From Eubacteriales bacterium (lineage in GTDB: Bacteria > Bacillota > Clostridia > Oscillospirales > CAG-272), in contig JAZNXP010000124.1 in NCBI GenBank assembly GCA_045593965.1, forward strand, positions 1-53,002: a DNA stretch of 53,002 bases, in the 5' to 3' direction. Shown here in pieces: positions 28,701-37,437 of this stretch; the first letter of the stretch is position 1, and each line of letters opens with the position of its first letter. A program made the position numbers and the translations under genes. Below the pieces are notes generated by a model, which saw nothing but the letters and a program-made list of their open reading frames with translations, was not told the origin of the DNA and did no database searches.

Positions 28701-31595
28701 GATCAGACCAACATCGGATATTCCGCAGAGATCGCCGAAGCGGAAAAGGTCGACCTGGAAGCACTTCTGGCGTGCGGACTTGCAAAGAATATTGAAAATT
28801 ACAATCACGGAAAGGACAATGCGACGGTCAACTATCTGATCATCGACAGTCCCTCCGACATGCGCCGCTTTGCGCAGATCATCAACACGACTACGCGCGG
28901 AAACATCAACGGCGTGCAAAAGACCTTCTACCTCGCATGTGACATCGACATGAGCGGCTATTCCTTCACGGGCGACCGCACCGTGGCAGATGCGAATACC
29001 ATTGCCCCCATCGGTTGGGATAAGATCACCAAGGATAGCGTTCTGACCGATACTACGGCGACCGTAACGGGGCTGTATATGTGCTTTGCGGGCATTTTTG
29101 ACGGTCAGGGACATACCATCAGCGGCTTGAAGATGGGTACCGACGATGCGCAGAATTCCTATCTCGGTCTCTTCGGTTATTTGGATGGCGCGACCGTCAA
29201 GAACGTGATCATGGATGCGGATTGCAGCATCTATACGTCCGTGAGCACCAATAACTTCAAGGCAGGCATTCTCGCGGGTGGCGCATCCGCTTCCACGGTG
29301 CGCAACGTATGGACGCAGGGATTTGTGAGCGGACAGGGAATACAGATCGCAGGTATGATCGGCAGACCCTCCAACGTATCCTTCCTGAACTGTACCAATT
29401 CCGCAAACGTCAACGGCGTTGGCAACTCGGGCGGCTTTGGCGGCTTCACCTCCACGATGAAGCTTTACAGCTGCCGCAATACGGGTAATATCAGCGGAGA
29501 CTCTTACGCAGGCGGATTTTCGGCACGTGACCGTGGCACGGGAATGTATTTCCAGTGCGTCAACACGGGCAACGTGAAGTCAGCGACCTGGGCAGGCGCG
29601 ATCGCGGGCTATAAGGATGAGGAAATGACGACCCTTTACGCAAGCTGCCTCAATTACGGCTTGGTCGCAGTCAACGGTACGCAAACGGGCAAGCTCTTCG
29701 GCGGTACGCTCGATAGCACCTGTATCTTCCGTGAATTGACAAAGACTTCCTATAATAGTAAGGCGGATAATTACCACGTGGCTCAGATGCTGGATGCAAA
29801 ATATCAGATCAAGAGCAACGGCAACGGAACCTTCGATCTGCGTCTGGTTGCATCGGTTGACGGTCTTTCTTATCTCTCCGCAGGCTTTATTTTGAATGTT
29901 GAAGGTATGGGAAGCGCGACGCTGACGACCAACAAGGTCTATACCTCGATCCTCGCAACCGACGGAGAAGAGACGATCACCTATCAGCCCGCAGAGAAAT
30001 TTGCGGACACCTCGAAGTATTTCATTACTTACACCATCAAAAATCTTTCGAATGACTATCTGGCAAAGCTCGGAACCGATGCCTTCCGCATCAAGGGCTT
30101 CCTGATGACGAACGATTCCTCGCTCCTCGGATATAAGAAGATCGATCCCATTTCGATCGCCAATACCTACACGGCAAAGGTGACCACGGCGATCGGAACG
30201 ATCCACAATTTCTCCACCGCAAAGAGCTATACGCTTCCCGGCTCGAACGTCACGGTCAAGCTGCAGTATCAGGCATGGCCTTCGGTCTGCGTGGACGAAA
30301 ACGGCGTGATCTACGCGTTCATCTCGGGACGTCTTGAGCACACCGACCCGTTCGGACACCATCTGATGTACAAGAGCTACGACGGCGGCGCATCCTGGGA
30401 AGGACCGATCACGATCAACGATACTCCCATGGATGACCGTGACATCGGTATTACGTATCTGGGCGGCGGACGAATGCTCGCAACCTATTTCCGCATCGAC
30501 GCGGCAAGCTACATGACCAAGGATGATACGCTTGTCACCGCTGACGGTGTTACCATCACGGGTATGGGAACCTACACGGGATGGCAGAGCAACACGGGTC
30601 TTGGATCCACTGCTGCGGCAAGAGCTGCCACCTATGAAGCGATCAAGGCATATTGGGCGACCATGACTGCCGCAGAGCTGACGAGCGGAACGTGGAGCAT
30701 GGTCTCCACCGACTACGGTGTTTCTTGGAGCGAGCCTCTTTTGGTCCCGCTGACCACACCTCACGGTGCGATCCAGCTCTCCACGGGAGACATTCTGTAC
30801 GTTGGACGAAACGGCTCCAAGATTGTGGCGTATATGAGCTATGACGGCGGCTATAGCTGGAGCTTCAATTCCACCGTTTACGACAACTCCTCCAAGACGG
30901 GCGAATACTACGGTCAGACCTTCTGCGAGCCTCACGTAATTGAGATGAAGAACGGCAGATGGCTTGCGGCGATCCGTATTCAGGTCGAAGATATCACAAT
31001 TGACGGCGTGAAGTATACCGGAAGCGGATATCAGGCTGACGGAACACCGATCTGGAAAACCGTTATAGGCAGTGTTACCACCACATATAAGATGCAGACC
31101 GCAGCTGACGGAACCAAGAGCATGGTGGAGTATAACTATACGGGATCGCTGACCACGTACCGCATCTTTACGCAGTATTCGGATGACGAGGGCGAGACGT
31201 GGAGCAAGCCGGCACTCGTAACGGCGAAGAGCTTGGTAAGCGGTTCGATCGCGACCGATAACAACGCCGTTTACGGCACACCTCCTCATCTGGTTCAGAT
31301 GGAGGACGGCACCGTGATCATGGTTTACGCGACCAGAAACGGTAACATCGGTGAGCGCGCTCTGGTCAGCTACGACGGCGGCGTGACGTGGGGCGATGAG
31401 ATCAAGCTTTGCGATCGACCGAAGGATAAGAACTGGTCCTGGAGCTCTATGTCTTATACAGGCTACCTGGGATCGGATATCGGATATCCCGCGTCGGTTT
31501 ACCTTGGAAACGGTCAGTTTATTACCGTTTACTATCAGGCGGCAGAAGGCGATTCCTACTCCTCCTTCCTTTTCACCAAGTGGTCGTTGACGTAA
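25725..31595 (+). CDS. Giant secreted protein G1: 4 GLUG/beta-helix-like modules + beta-sandwich-like spacer + sialidase-like propeller (G subtype)
   Basis: 1956 aa from MKYQYQRIV (AGGAGG at 25715-25720). Sec signal ...PVFA|ED. Modules begin at ~25866, 26832, 27780 and 28713. Each carries [VI]GY..., AY.I, VN.GN.[FL].GK.VYL..D[IL][DN][ML], PIG, F.G.FDG.G..I..L, GLFG and ATV.NL, then NxGx[IV]...AGG[IL]xG coils. The propeller spans ~30170-31592 (LQYQAWPSVCVDENGVIYAF, SYDGGASW, STDYGVSW, SYDGGYSW, SDDEGETW, SYDGGVTW). No LPXTG, SLH or TM anchor. Confidence 0.8.
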   Translation: MKYQYQRIVSLFLALLTVFTAVSVPVFAEDATANASTQEALESIYDSVGYSQELAEGRRIDLTNIPTLNGVTNPTARAYKIDSLAAYQNFVTLVNNGNTFSGKTVYLACNLDLSSIANQAPIGFNKGAETTANTFTSTASAKFSGTLNGQGYAITGISITKTLVDTCYSAFIGWAVNTTVTDLVLSGTVVHEKGTYSGLNNFVGTGGLIACAEGTNTVDNVYCDIDVKGLRQTAGFIARGGATVTNSTNAGDVIGSDCAGGFFGFASGTLSATNCLNTGRMQAGKVAGILPRGRTTTTIANCVNAGTMVATNGGYAGGIVGVTDHANAKVTVSGCTNSGRIVSDGQANDFGTQNEGTLTVASDNKSVPYIGYNAEAFLAVDLTSVPNITEWTSSSTATTYQITNAAGLVKLSEIVRAGNSLSGKKVYLANDINMADVTLLPIGKYVNSATMENPAKTPFSGIFDGQGHAIKNLSMTFSEETEVGFGLFGLLSSATVRNLIIDQSCTFEDTINSGYTGMAAIAGYSEGATTITNVATYATLTSKAHAAGMVGRGGVASITYCENRGTITTNNCAGGMTAFRVGGAIKNCVNYGTINSSAAGGLIGRVSHAVTYQDLVNYGTVLASGWAGGIVGRTMDNALTLNRCINYGSVNGHNSDVLVDGMYTVWTAEGCKGNVTMIECSNLYRVGYNAARVADVPLPVYDIKHYDSMAKQTAYVVRDAEGMIKLAEIVNAGNTLAGVTVYLTNDVNLFGKTMLPIGTSTPFSGTFDGRGYAIRGLTMKIDCSVEGNPNLIGLFGYVSHGTVKNLTVDATCSFVQTGEDSTYSGSASAIVAKANVVTVENVKNQANVTGILHTGGIGGRGSISASYCVNTGTIKGANSAGGIFAYATNDVLDCVNYGDVSADNATNGGKAGGITGRQENENVRYINAYNHGVVTSDYMAGGIMGAVRVGCYMLNCVNYGVAAPLPGHDVITSNRYNVEKGYAPQFSGMTVSDQTNIGYSAEIAEAEKVDLEALLACGLAKNIENYNHGKDNATVNYLIIDSPSDMRRFAQIINTTTRGNINGVQKTFYLACDIDMSGYSFTGDRTVADANTIAPIGWDKITKDSVLTDTTATVTGLYMCFAGIFDGQGHTISGLKMGTDDAQNSYLGLFGYLDGATVKNVIMDADCSIYTSVSTNNFKAGILAGGASASTVRNVWTQGFVSGQGIQIAGMIGRPSNVSFLNCTNSANVNGVGNSGGFGGFTSTMKLYSCRNTGNISGDSYAGGFSARDRGTGMYFQCVNTGNVKSATWAGAIAGYKDEEMTTLYASCLNYGLVAVNGTQTGKLFGGTLDSTCIFRELTKTSYNSKADNYHVAQMLDAKYQIKSNGNGTFDLRLVASVDGLSYLSAGFILNVEGMGSATLTTNKVYTSILATDGEETITYQPAEKFADTSKYFITYTIKNLSNDYLAKLGTDAFRIKGFLMTNDSSLLGYKKIDPISIANTYTAKVTTAIGTIHNFSTAKSYTLPGSNVTVKLQYQAWPSVCVDENGVIYAFISGRLEHTDPFGHHLMYKSYDGGASWEGPITINDTPMDDRDIGITYLGGGRMLATYFRIDAASYMTKDDTLVTADGVTITGMGTYTGWQSNTGLGSTAAARAATYEAIKAYWATMTAAELTSGTWSMVSTDYGVSWSEPLLVPLTTPHGAIQLSTGDILYVGRNGSKIVAYMSYDGGYSWSFNSTVYDNSSKTGEYYGQTFCEPHVIEMKNGRWLAAIRIQVEDITIDGVKYTGSGYQADGTPIWKTVIGSVTTTYKMQTAADGTKSMVEYNYTGSLTTYRIFTQYSDDEGETWSKPALVTAKSLVSGSIATDNNAVYGTPPHLVQMEDGTVIMVYATRNGNIGERALVSYDGGVTWGDEIKLCDRPKDKNWSWSSMSYTGYLGSDIGYPASVYLGNGQFITVYYQAAEGDSYSSFLFTKWSLT

Positions 31596-31616
31596 ACGAC
31601 ACGCCAAAACAACAAT

Positions 31617-31653
31617 CTTCCAAGGGACGGGATCCTTTCCGCCGTCCCTTGGA
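31617..31653 (+). promoter_or_regulatory. Intercistronic hairpin without U-tract (G1-G2 spacer)
   Basis: Perfect 13-bp stem ttccaagggacgg / ccgtcccttggaa with an 11-nt loop, followed by accgaaaaa. There is no T-run. Confidence 0.55.
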
Positions 31654-31679
31654 AACCGAAAAATAGGAAAGGCAAACTA

Positions 31680-34600
31680 ATGAACATGAATTTGAAAAAA
31701 ATAGTTCTTGTATTGCTGTCTCTGACCATGATCCTGACGAGCGTTCTCGTTCCCGTGGCTGCAACCGAGCAGACGGGGGATGCGGGCATGACCGTAACGG
31801 CGGGATACTCACAGACGCTGGCGGAAGAACGTCGTGTGGATCTGACGAATATTCCCACCGTCAACGGTGTGACGAATCCGACGGCGAAGGAATATAAGAT
31901 CGATAGCCTTGCGGCATATCAGAATTTTGTAACGCTTGTCAACAACGGCAACACCTTCTCGGGCAAGACCGTATATCTGGCGTGCAACCTGGATCTTTCT
32001 GACGTTGCAGATCAGATGCCGATCGGATACCGCAAGGGTGTTGAAGCAACGCAAAATCAGTTTACGGATACATCTTATGCAAAGTTTTCGGGCGTTTTGA
32101 ACGGTCAGGGCTATGCCATCACGGGTATCTCTATTACCAAGACGCTCGTTGACACCTGCTATTCCGCGTTCATCGGCTGGGCAGTCAACACAACCGTGAC
32201 CGACCTTGTTCTCTCGGGAACGGTCGTGCATGAAAAAGGAACCTATTCGGGTTTGAACAACTTTGTCGGCACGGGTGGTCTGATCGCATGCGCGGAAGGT
32301 ACGAATACGGTCGATAACGTGTATTGCGACATCGACGTCAAGGGCTTGCGCCAGACTGCGGGCTTTGTTGGACGCGGCGGCGCGACGGTTACGAATTCGA
32401 CCAATGCGGGCGACGTCAACGGCTCGGATTGCGCGGGCGGCTTCTATGGATATACAGGCGGCACGTTCCGCGTGGAGAACTGTCTCAATACGGGACATAT
32501 TGAAGCAAACAAAGCAGGCGGCATCGTTAGCCGCGCACGTTCGACCATCACGATCGACGGTTGCGTGAACACGGGCTCTGTTCTCTCAAAGTCAAAAAGT
32601 GGCTACGCGGGCGGTATTTTCTCCGCAACGGAGGGAACGGGTGCCAATATTACGGTCACGAACTGTGTCAACTACGGCTTCATCAGCGACCTGATCGGTA
32701 CCGCAAACGGCTTGGGTACGCAGGCAGGCGGAGCTTTGACGATGGATGAAACGAACCAAAGCGTTCCTTACGTGGGATACTGCGCGGACGGCTTCTTAAA
32801 AGCCGATCTGACGGCTGTTCCCAACATCAGCAAGTGGACGGCGGACTCGACTGAAACGGCGTATCAGATCAATGACGCGGCGGGAATGGTAACGCTTGCG
32901 ACGCTTGTCAAGGCAGGGAACACCTTCCAGGGCATCACGATCTATCTTGCTTGCGACGTGGATATGTCGACCGCGGAGGATATGATCCCGATCGGTTACT
33001 ATGCGGCGAGTGCCGCAGGCAAGCAGTCCGCTCCCTTCAAGGGTGTTTTTGACGGAAAGGGACACGCGATCAAAAATCTGGACATGGTCTTTACAAGCTC
33101 CGCACTTTCGGGCTTGGGTCTGTTCGGATATGTAAGCGGTGCAACCATTCAAAACCTCGTGATCGACAGAAGCTGCTCCTTCACGGAAACCGTCGGTGAC
33201 GCATATGCGGGCTTGGGTGCATTGCTCGGCGTTTCCGGGGGAGCGACGATCTTCAACGTCGCCAATTACGCAAGCGTTTCCTCCCTGCAGCATGCGGCGG
33301 GCTTGGTCGGACGCGACGGCTCTGTCACCATGAAGCATTGCTCCAATTACGGTACCATTCTTTCCTACAGCAACGATGCGGGAGGCCTGACGGGATTCCG
33401 CGTCGGCGGTACGGTCTCTTATTGCGCAAACTACGGCACCGTCGTCGGTCCCACTGCGGGCGGCTTGCTTTCCCGTGTGAACGCGTCGGGAGTAACGTAT
33501 CGGTATCTTGTCAATTACGGAAACGTCTACGGAGAAACCTATGTGGGCGGTATCATCGGACGGACCGAATCGGGACTTGAAACGCTGGAAAATTGCTCGA
33601 ACTACGGATATGTCGGCGGAATTGTTTCCGCAACCTCCAAGGTCGACGGTCTTTATACCGTTTATGAAGGCGTGACCGACAGTGTCACCCTGACAAACAG
33701 TAAGGATCAATACGCATTGGGCGTTGAGCCGATCACCACCGAGCATCTGAAGGACGTCCCCTTCGATATGAAGGATTATGATCTGATCGCTTCGCAAGAT
33801 GCATACGTTATCAGCGATGCGGACGGTTGGATGAAGCTGATCGAGGTCGTCAACGCGGGGAATGCGTTGGAAGGCGTTCGGATCTACTTGAATAACGATC
33901 TCAATCTTATGGGATATGCGGTTTCTCCCATCGGAACTCCCGATGCCCCCTTCCGCGGTGATCTTGACGGAAGAGGACATACTGTTCGCGGAGTACGCAT
34001 GACGGTCGACAGCTCTGTTGACGGCAATCCCGCATACGTCGGTCTTTTCGGCTTCGCACGGTTCTCGACCATCAAAAATCTGACGCTGGACGCAACCTGC
34101 TCCTTTGTGCAGACGGCGGCTAACAAGGATTCTCGCGGCGCGATCGCGGCGATCCTTGGCGGCGGTGACTCCTGCGTGATCGAAAACGTCAAGAACCAAG
34201 CCAACGTCACGGGTGCTTTGCACGCCGGCGGTATCGGCGGTCGCGGCTCTGTAAGCGCGATCAACTGTGTCAATACGGGTACGATCAAGGGCGCGAACAG
34301 CGCGGGCGGTATTTTTGCGTACAACGCGAGCCACGTCATCGATTGCATCAACTACGGTGACGTATCCGCTACGACCGTAAACGGCTCGGGTAAGGCGGGC
34401 GGTCTTGCGGGACATCAGGAAACCGAAAACACGCTGTATGCCAATTCGAAAAACCACGGAACGGTTACTGCCGATTATATGGCAGGCGGCGTGATCGGTG
34501 CGATCAGAGAAAACTGCTATATTATCAATTGTACCAACTACGGTCTGGCGGCACCGATCGCAGAATGTGACGCGCTTTCTTCCAACCGTTATCTCATTGA

Positions 34601-37352
34601 AAACGGTTATCTTCCCACGCTCAAGGGTGGCGGAGTTGCGGATCTGACGAGCATCGGCTATTCCGCGGCGATCGCGGAAGCGGAGAAGGTCAATCTCAAT
34701 GCACTCCTCGCTTGCGGCATCGCAAAAAATATTGAAGATTACAACCACACGACCGACAACGGAGTGATCAATTATCTGATCATTGACAGCGCGTCCGATC
34801 TGCAGCTTTTGGCGAAGATTACGAACGGCACGACCCGTTGCGGCGGAAAGACCTTCTACCTCGCGTGCGACATTGACATGAGCGCATATACGTTCACGGA
34901 TGACCGTACAATGGCGCAGGCAAACACCATCACTCCCATCGGTTGGGACAAAGCTCTCAAGGACGGTGTTCTGACCGACACCACCGTTGCCGCAAATCAA
35001 GTCTCGATGTGTTTCGCAGGTGTGTTCGACGGTCAGGGACATACCATCAGCGGCTTGAAGATGGGAACGGACGATTATCAGAATTCCTTCCTCGGTCTCT
35101 TCGGATTTCTCAAGGGCGCAACGGTGAAAAATCTGATCCTCGGATCGGATTGCAGCTTCTATAGCACCAATGACACCAACAATTTCAAGGCGGGCGTTCT
35201 GGCGGGCGGTGCATCCGCTTCCACGGTGCGCAACGTCTGGACGCAGGGCTTTGTGAGCGGAAAGATCGTGCAGGCAGGCGGCATGATCGGACGTCCCGAT
35301 ACGGTCACCTTCATTTCCTGTACCAACTCCGCAAACGTCAACGCGCTCGGCAATGCGGGCGGCTTTGGCGGCTTTACGGCAGGAATGCGGCTTTATAACT
35401 GCCGCAACACGGGTAACATCGACGGAACCTCTTATGCGGCGGGCTTCTCCGCAAGAGATCGTAAGGCAGGCATCTACGTTCAGTGTGTCAACCTCGGAAA
35501 CGTGACGGCGACGGGCTATGCAGGCGCGATCGCGGGCTATAAGGATGAGGAAATGACGACCCTTTACGCAAGCTGCCTCAATTACGGCTTGGTCGCAGTC
35601 AACGGCACGCAGACGGGCAAGCTCTTCGGCGGTGTCAAGAATGCAAGCTGCATCTTCCGAGAGCTGACCAAGACCAACTATAATTCCAAAGCCGATCAAT
35701 ATCACATCGCGCAGATGCTGGATGCGAAGTATCAGATCAAGGATAACGGCAACGGCACGTTTAACATTCGTCTGGTCGCATCGGTCGATGGCCTTTCCTA
35801 CCGTTGTGCAGGCTTCATCCTGACCGTGGCGGGCATGGGAAGCGCGACGCTGACCACCAATAAGGTTTATACCTCGATCCTCGGAACCGAGGGGGAAGAG
35901 ACGATCACCTATCAGCCCGCGGAAAAATTTGCGGACACGTCGAAGTATTTCATTACGTATACGGTCAAGAACCTTTCCAATGCGTATCTGGAAAAGCTTG
36001 GAACGGATGATTTTGTGATCAAGGCATTCCTGATCTCCAACGACGAAACACTGCTTGGATATAAGAAGGTCGATCCGATCGTCGTTTCCAATAAGCTGAC
36101 CGCAAAGGTCACGACATCCATCGGCACGGTGAAGAATTTCAAAACACCGCAGGTCTATGCGATCGGCAATACGGGTGTTACGGTCAACCTGCAGTATCAG
36201 GCGTGGCCGACCGTTACCGTTGACGAAAACGGTACGCTTTACGCAACCGTTTCGGGACGCTTGCGTCACGTTGACCCCTTCGGTCACACGTTGCTGTATA
36301 AGAGCACGGATAACGGTGTGACGTGGACGCCGATGGGCAACAACGGCATTATCAACGATACTCCCGTGGATGACCGTGATACGGGTATGACGTATCTTGG
36401 CGGCGGACGCATGATCATCACGTATTTCCGCGCCTCTGCCGCACAGCTGCTCAGAGTCGGACAGTCCTTTACCACGGCAGACGGTGTCGTCATCAACGGT
36501 ACCCAAAATGCGGAAACGAATTTGGGTAACTACAATACCTATACAAAGTGGCAGGACCAGGTCAGCCAAGCGCAGTATGACGCGGTCATCTCGTATTGGA
36601 AAACGCAGAATTATTCGGATCTTGGCGGCGGTAGCTGGGTCATCATCTCCAATGACTACGGAGAAACCTGGAGCGATCCGATCTCCTGTCCCACAAGCAC
36701 GCCGCACGGCGCGATCAAGCTTTCCACGGGTGAGCTTCTGTACGTCGGACGCAATGATACGCAGATCCGCGCATACGTCAGCTACGACGGCGGATACAGC
36801 TGGAATTACAATTCCACCGTATTTGACAAGGCGAACAACACCGACGAGCGTTTTGCAAGCTTTGGTGAGCCTCACGTTCTGGAGCTTTCCAACGGCAGAT
36901 GGCTCGTGGCGATCCGCGTGGAGCCCGCCTCCGGTTATATGAGCGGAAACCGTATCATCACCACGTATTCGGACGATGAAGGCAAAACGTGGAGCACTCC
37001 GCAGGTCGTGACCTCCACAAGCTCGCTGACAACGATCAGCGGCGAGATCTGCGGTGTTCCTCCTCATCTGATCCAGCTGGATAACGGAGCGATCGTCATG
37101 ACCTACGCAAGCCGCCAGAGCAATGCGCTTCGCGGCACGTACGCAGTCATCAGCTATGACGGCGGTATCACGTGGGATCAGCCCTTCGAGCTTTGCAGAT
37201 GGCTCGACGGAGCAAGCTCCACCGCACAGTCGGACAACGGTTATCCCGCAACGGTCGTTCTCAAGGACGGCACGCTGCTGACGGTTTATTACCAGTCTCA
37301 GAATAACGATTCGTACGCGTCCTTGCTTTATACCAAGTGGACGTTGAGTTGA
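31680..37352 (+). CDS. Giant secreted protein G2, paralog of G1
   Basis: 1890 aa. Signal ...VPVAA|TE. Same architecture as G1, with four modules and a spacer. The propeller spans ~36095-37349. Several nucleotide tracts are almost identical to G1 (see findings). Confidence 0.8.
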   Translation: MNMNLKKIVLVLLSLTMILTSVLVPVAATEQTGDAGMTVTAGYSQTLAEERRVDLTNIPTVNGVTNPTAKEYKIDSLAAYQNFVTLVNNGNTFSGKTVYLACNLDLSDVADQMPIGYRKGVEATQNQFTDTSYAKFSGVLNGQGYAITGISITKTLVDTCYSAFIGWAVNTTVTDLVLSGTVVHEKGTYSGLNNFVGTGGLIACAEGTNTVDNVYCDIDVKGLRQTAGFVGRGGATVTNSTNAGDVNGSDCAGGFYGYTGGTFRVENCLNTGHIEANKAGGIVSRARSTITIDGCVNTGSVLSKSKSGYAGGIFSATEGTGANITVTNCVNYGFISDLIGTANGLGTQAGGALTMDETNQSVPYVGYCADGFLKADLTAVPNISKWTADSTETAYQINDAAGMVTLATLVKAGNTFQGITIYLACDVDMSTAEDMIPIGYYAASAAGKQSAPFKGVFDGKGHAIKNLDMVFTSSALSGLGLFGYVSGATIQNLVIDRSCSFTETVGDAYAGLGALLGVSGGATIFNVANYASVSSLQHAAGLVGRDGSVTMKHCSNYGTILSYSNDAGGLTGFRVGGTVSYCANYGTVVGPTAGGLLSRVNASGVTYRYLVNYGNVYGETYVGGIIGRTESGLETLENCSNYGYVGGIVSATSKVDGLYTVYEGVTDSVTLTNSKDQYALGVEPITTEHLKDVPFDMKDYDLIASQDAYVISDADGWMKLIEVVNAGNALEGVRIYLNNDLNLMGYAVSPIGTPDAPFRGDLDGRGHTVRGVRMTVDSSVDGNPAYVGLFGFARFSTIKNLTLDATCSFVQTAANKDSRGAIAAILGGGDSCVIENVKNQANVTGALHAGGIGGRGSVSAINCVNTGTIKGANSAGGIFAYNASHVIDCINYGDVSATTVNGSGKAGGLAGHQETENTLYANSKNHGTVTADYMAGGVIGAIRENCYIINCTNYGLAAPIAECDALSSNRYLIENGYLPTLKGGGVADLTSIGYSAAIAEAEKVNLNALLACGIAKNIEDYNHTTDNGVINYLIIDSASDLQLLAKITNGTTRCGGKTFYLACDIDMSAYTFTDDRTMAQANTITPIGWDKALKDGVLTDTTVAANQVSMCFAGVFDGQGHTISGLKMGTDDYQNSFLGLFGFLKGATVKNLILGSDCSFYSTNDTNNFKAGVLAGGASASTVRNVWTQGFVSGKIVQAGGMIGRPDTVTFISCTNSANVNALGNAGGFGGFTAGMRLYNCRNTGNIDGTSYAAGFSARDRKAGIYVQCVNLGNVTATGYAGAIAGYKDEEMTTLYASCLNYGLVAVNGTQTGKLFGGVKNASCIFRELTKTNYNSKADQYHIAQMLDAKYQIKDNGNGTFNIRLVASVDGLSYRCAGFILTVAGMGSATLTTNKVYTSILGTEGEETITYQPAEKFADTSKYFITYTVKNLSNAYLEKLGTDDFVIKAFLISNDETLLGYKKVDPIVVSNKLTAKVTTSIGTVKNFKTPQVYAIGNTGVTVNLQYQAWPTVTVDENGTLYATVSGRLRHVDPFGHTLLYKSTDNGVTWTPMGNNGIINDTPVDDRDTGMTYLGGGRMIITYFRASAAQLLRVGQSFTTADGVVINGTQNAETNLGNYNTYTKWQDQVSQAQYDAVISYWKTQNYSDLGGGSWVIISNDYGETWSDPISCPTSTPHGAIKLSTGELLYVGRNDTQIRAYVSYDGGYSWNYNSTVFDKANNTDERFASFGEPHVLELSNGRWLVAIRVEPASGYMSGNRIITTYSDDEGKTWSTPQVVTSTSSLTTISGEICGVPPHLIQLDNGAIVMTYASRQSNALRGTYAVISYDGGITWDQPFELCRWLDGASSTAQSDNGYPATVVLKDGTLLTVYYQSQNNDSYASLLYTKWTLS

Positions 37353-37377
37353 TCTCCCACATTTGAATTTCAATTTG

Positions 37378-37408
37378 CCCCAAGGGACGTTTCAAAGGTC
37401 CCTTGGGG
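37378..37408 (+). promoter_or_regulatory. Intercistronic hairpin without U-tract (G2-G3 spacer)
   Basis: Perfect 11-bp stem ccccaagggac / gtcccttgggg with a 9-nt loop. It shares the caagggac core with the G1-G2 hairpin. No T-run. Confidence 0.55.
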
Positions 37409-37437
37409 ATAGCCAACAAAGAAAGTTAACTGAATTT

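Noticed and set aside
32796-37373. A 1525-aa ORF on the minus strand opposite G2. Similar giants lie opposite G3 (39526..43137, 1203 aa), G1 (29580..31607, 675 aa) and S1/S2 (43649..45895, 748 aa).
   Set aside because: All are exactly in register with the sense codons. I checked the coordinates modulo 3. Their stops would therefore correspond to sense TTA, CTA or TCA codons, which this genome almost never uses. Their translations are low-complexity Arg/Gly/Val-rich with no motifs or RBS, whereas the sense strand has clear domain content. They are shadow ORFs caused by codon bias.
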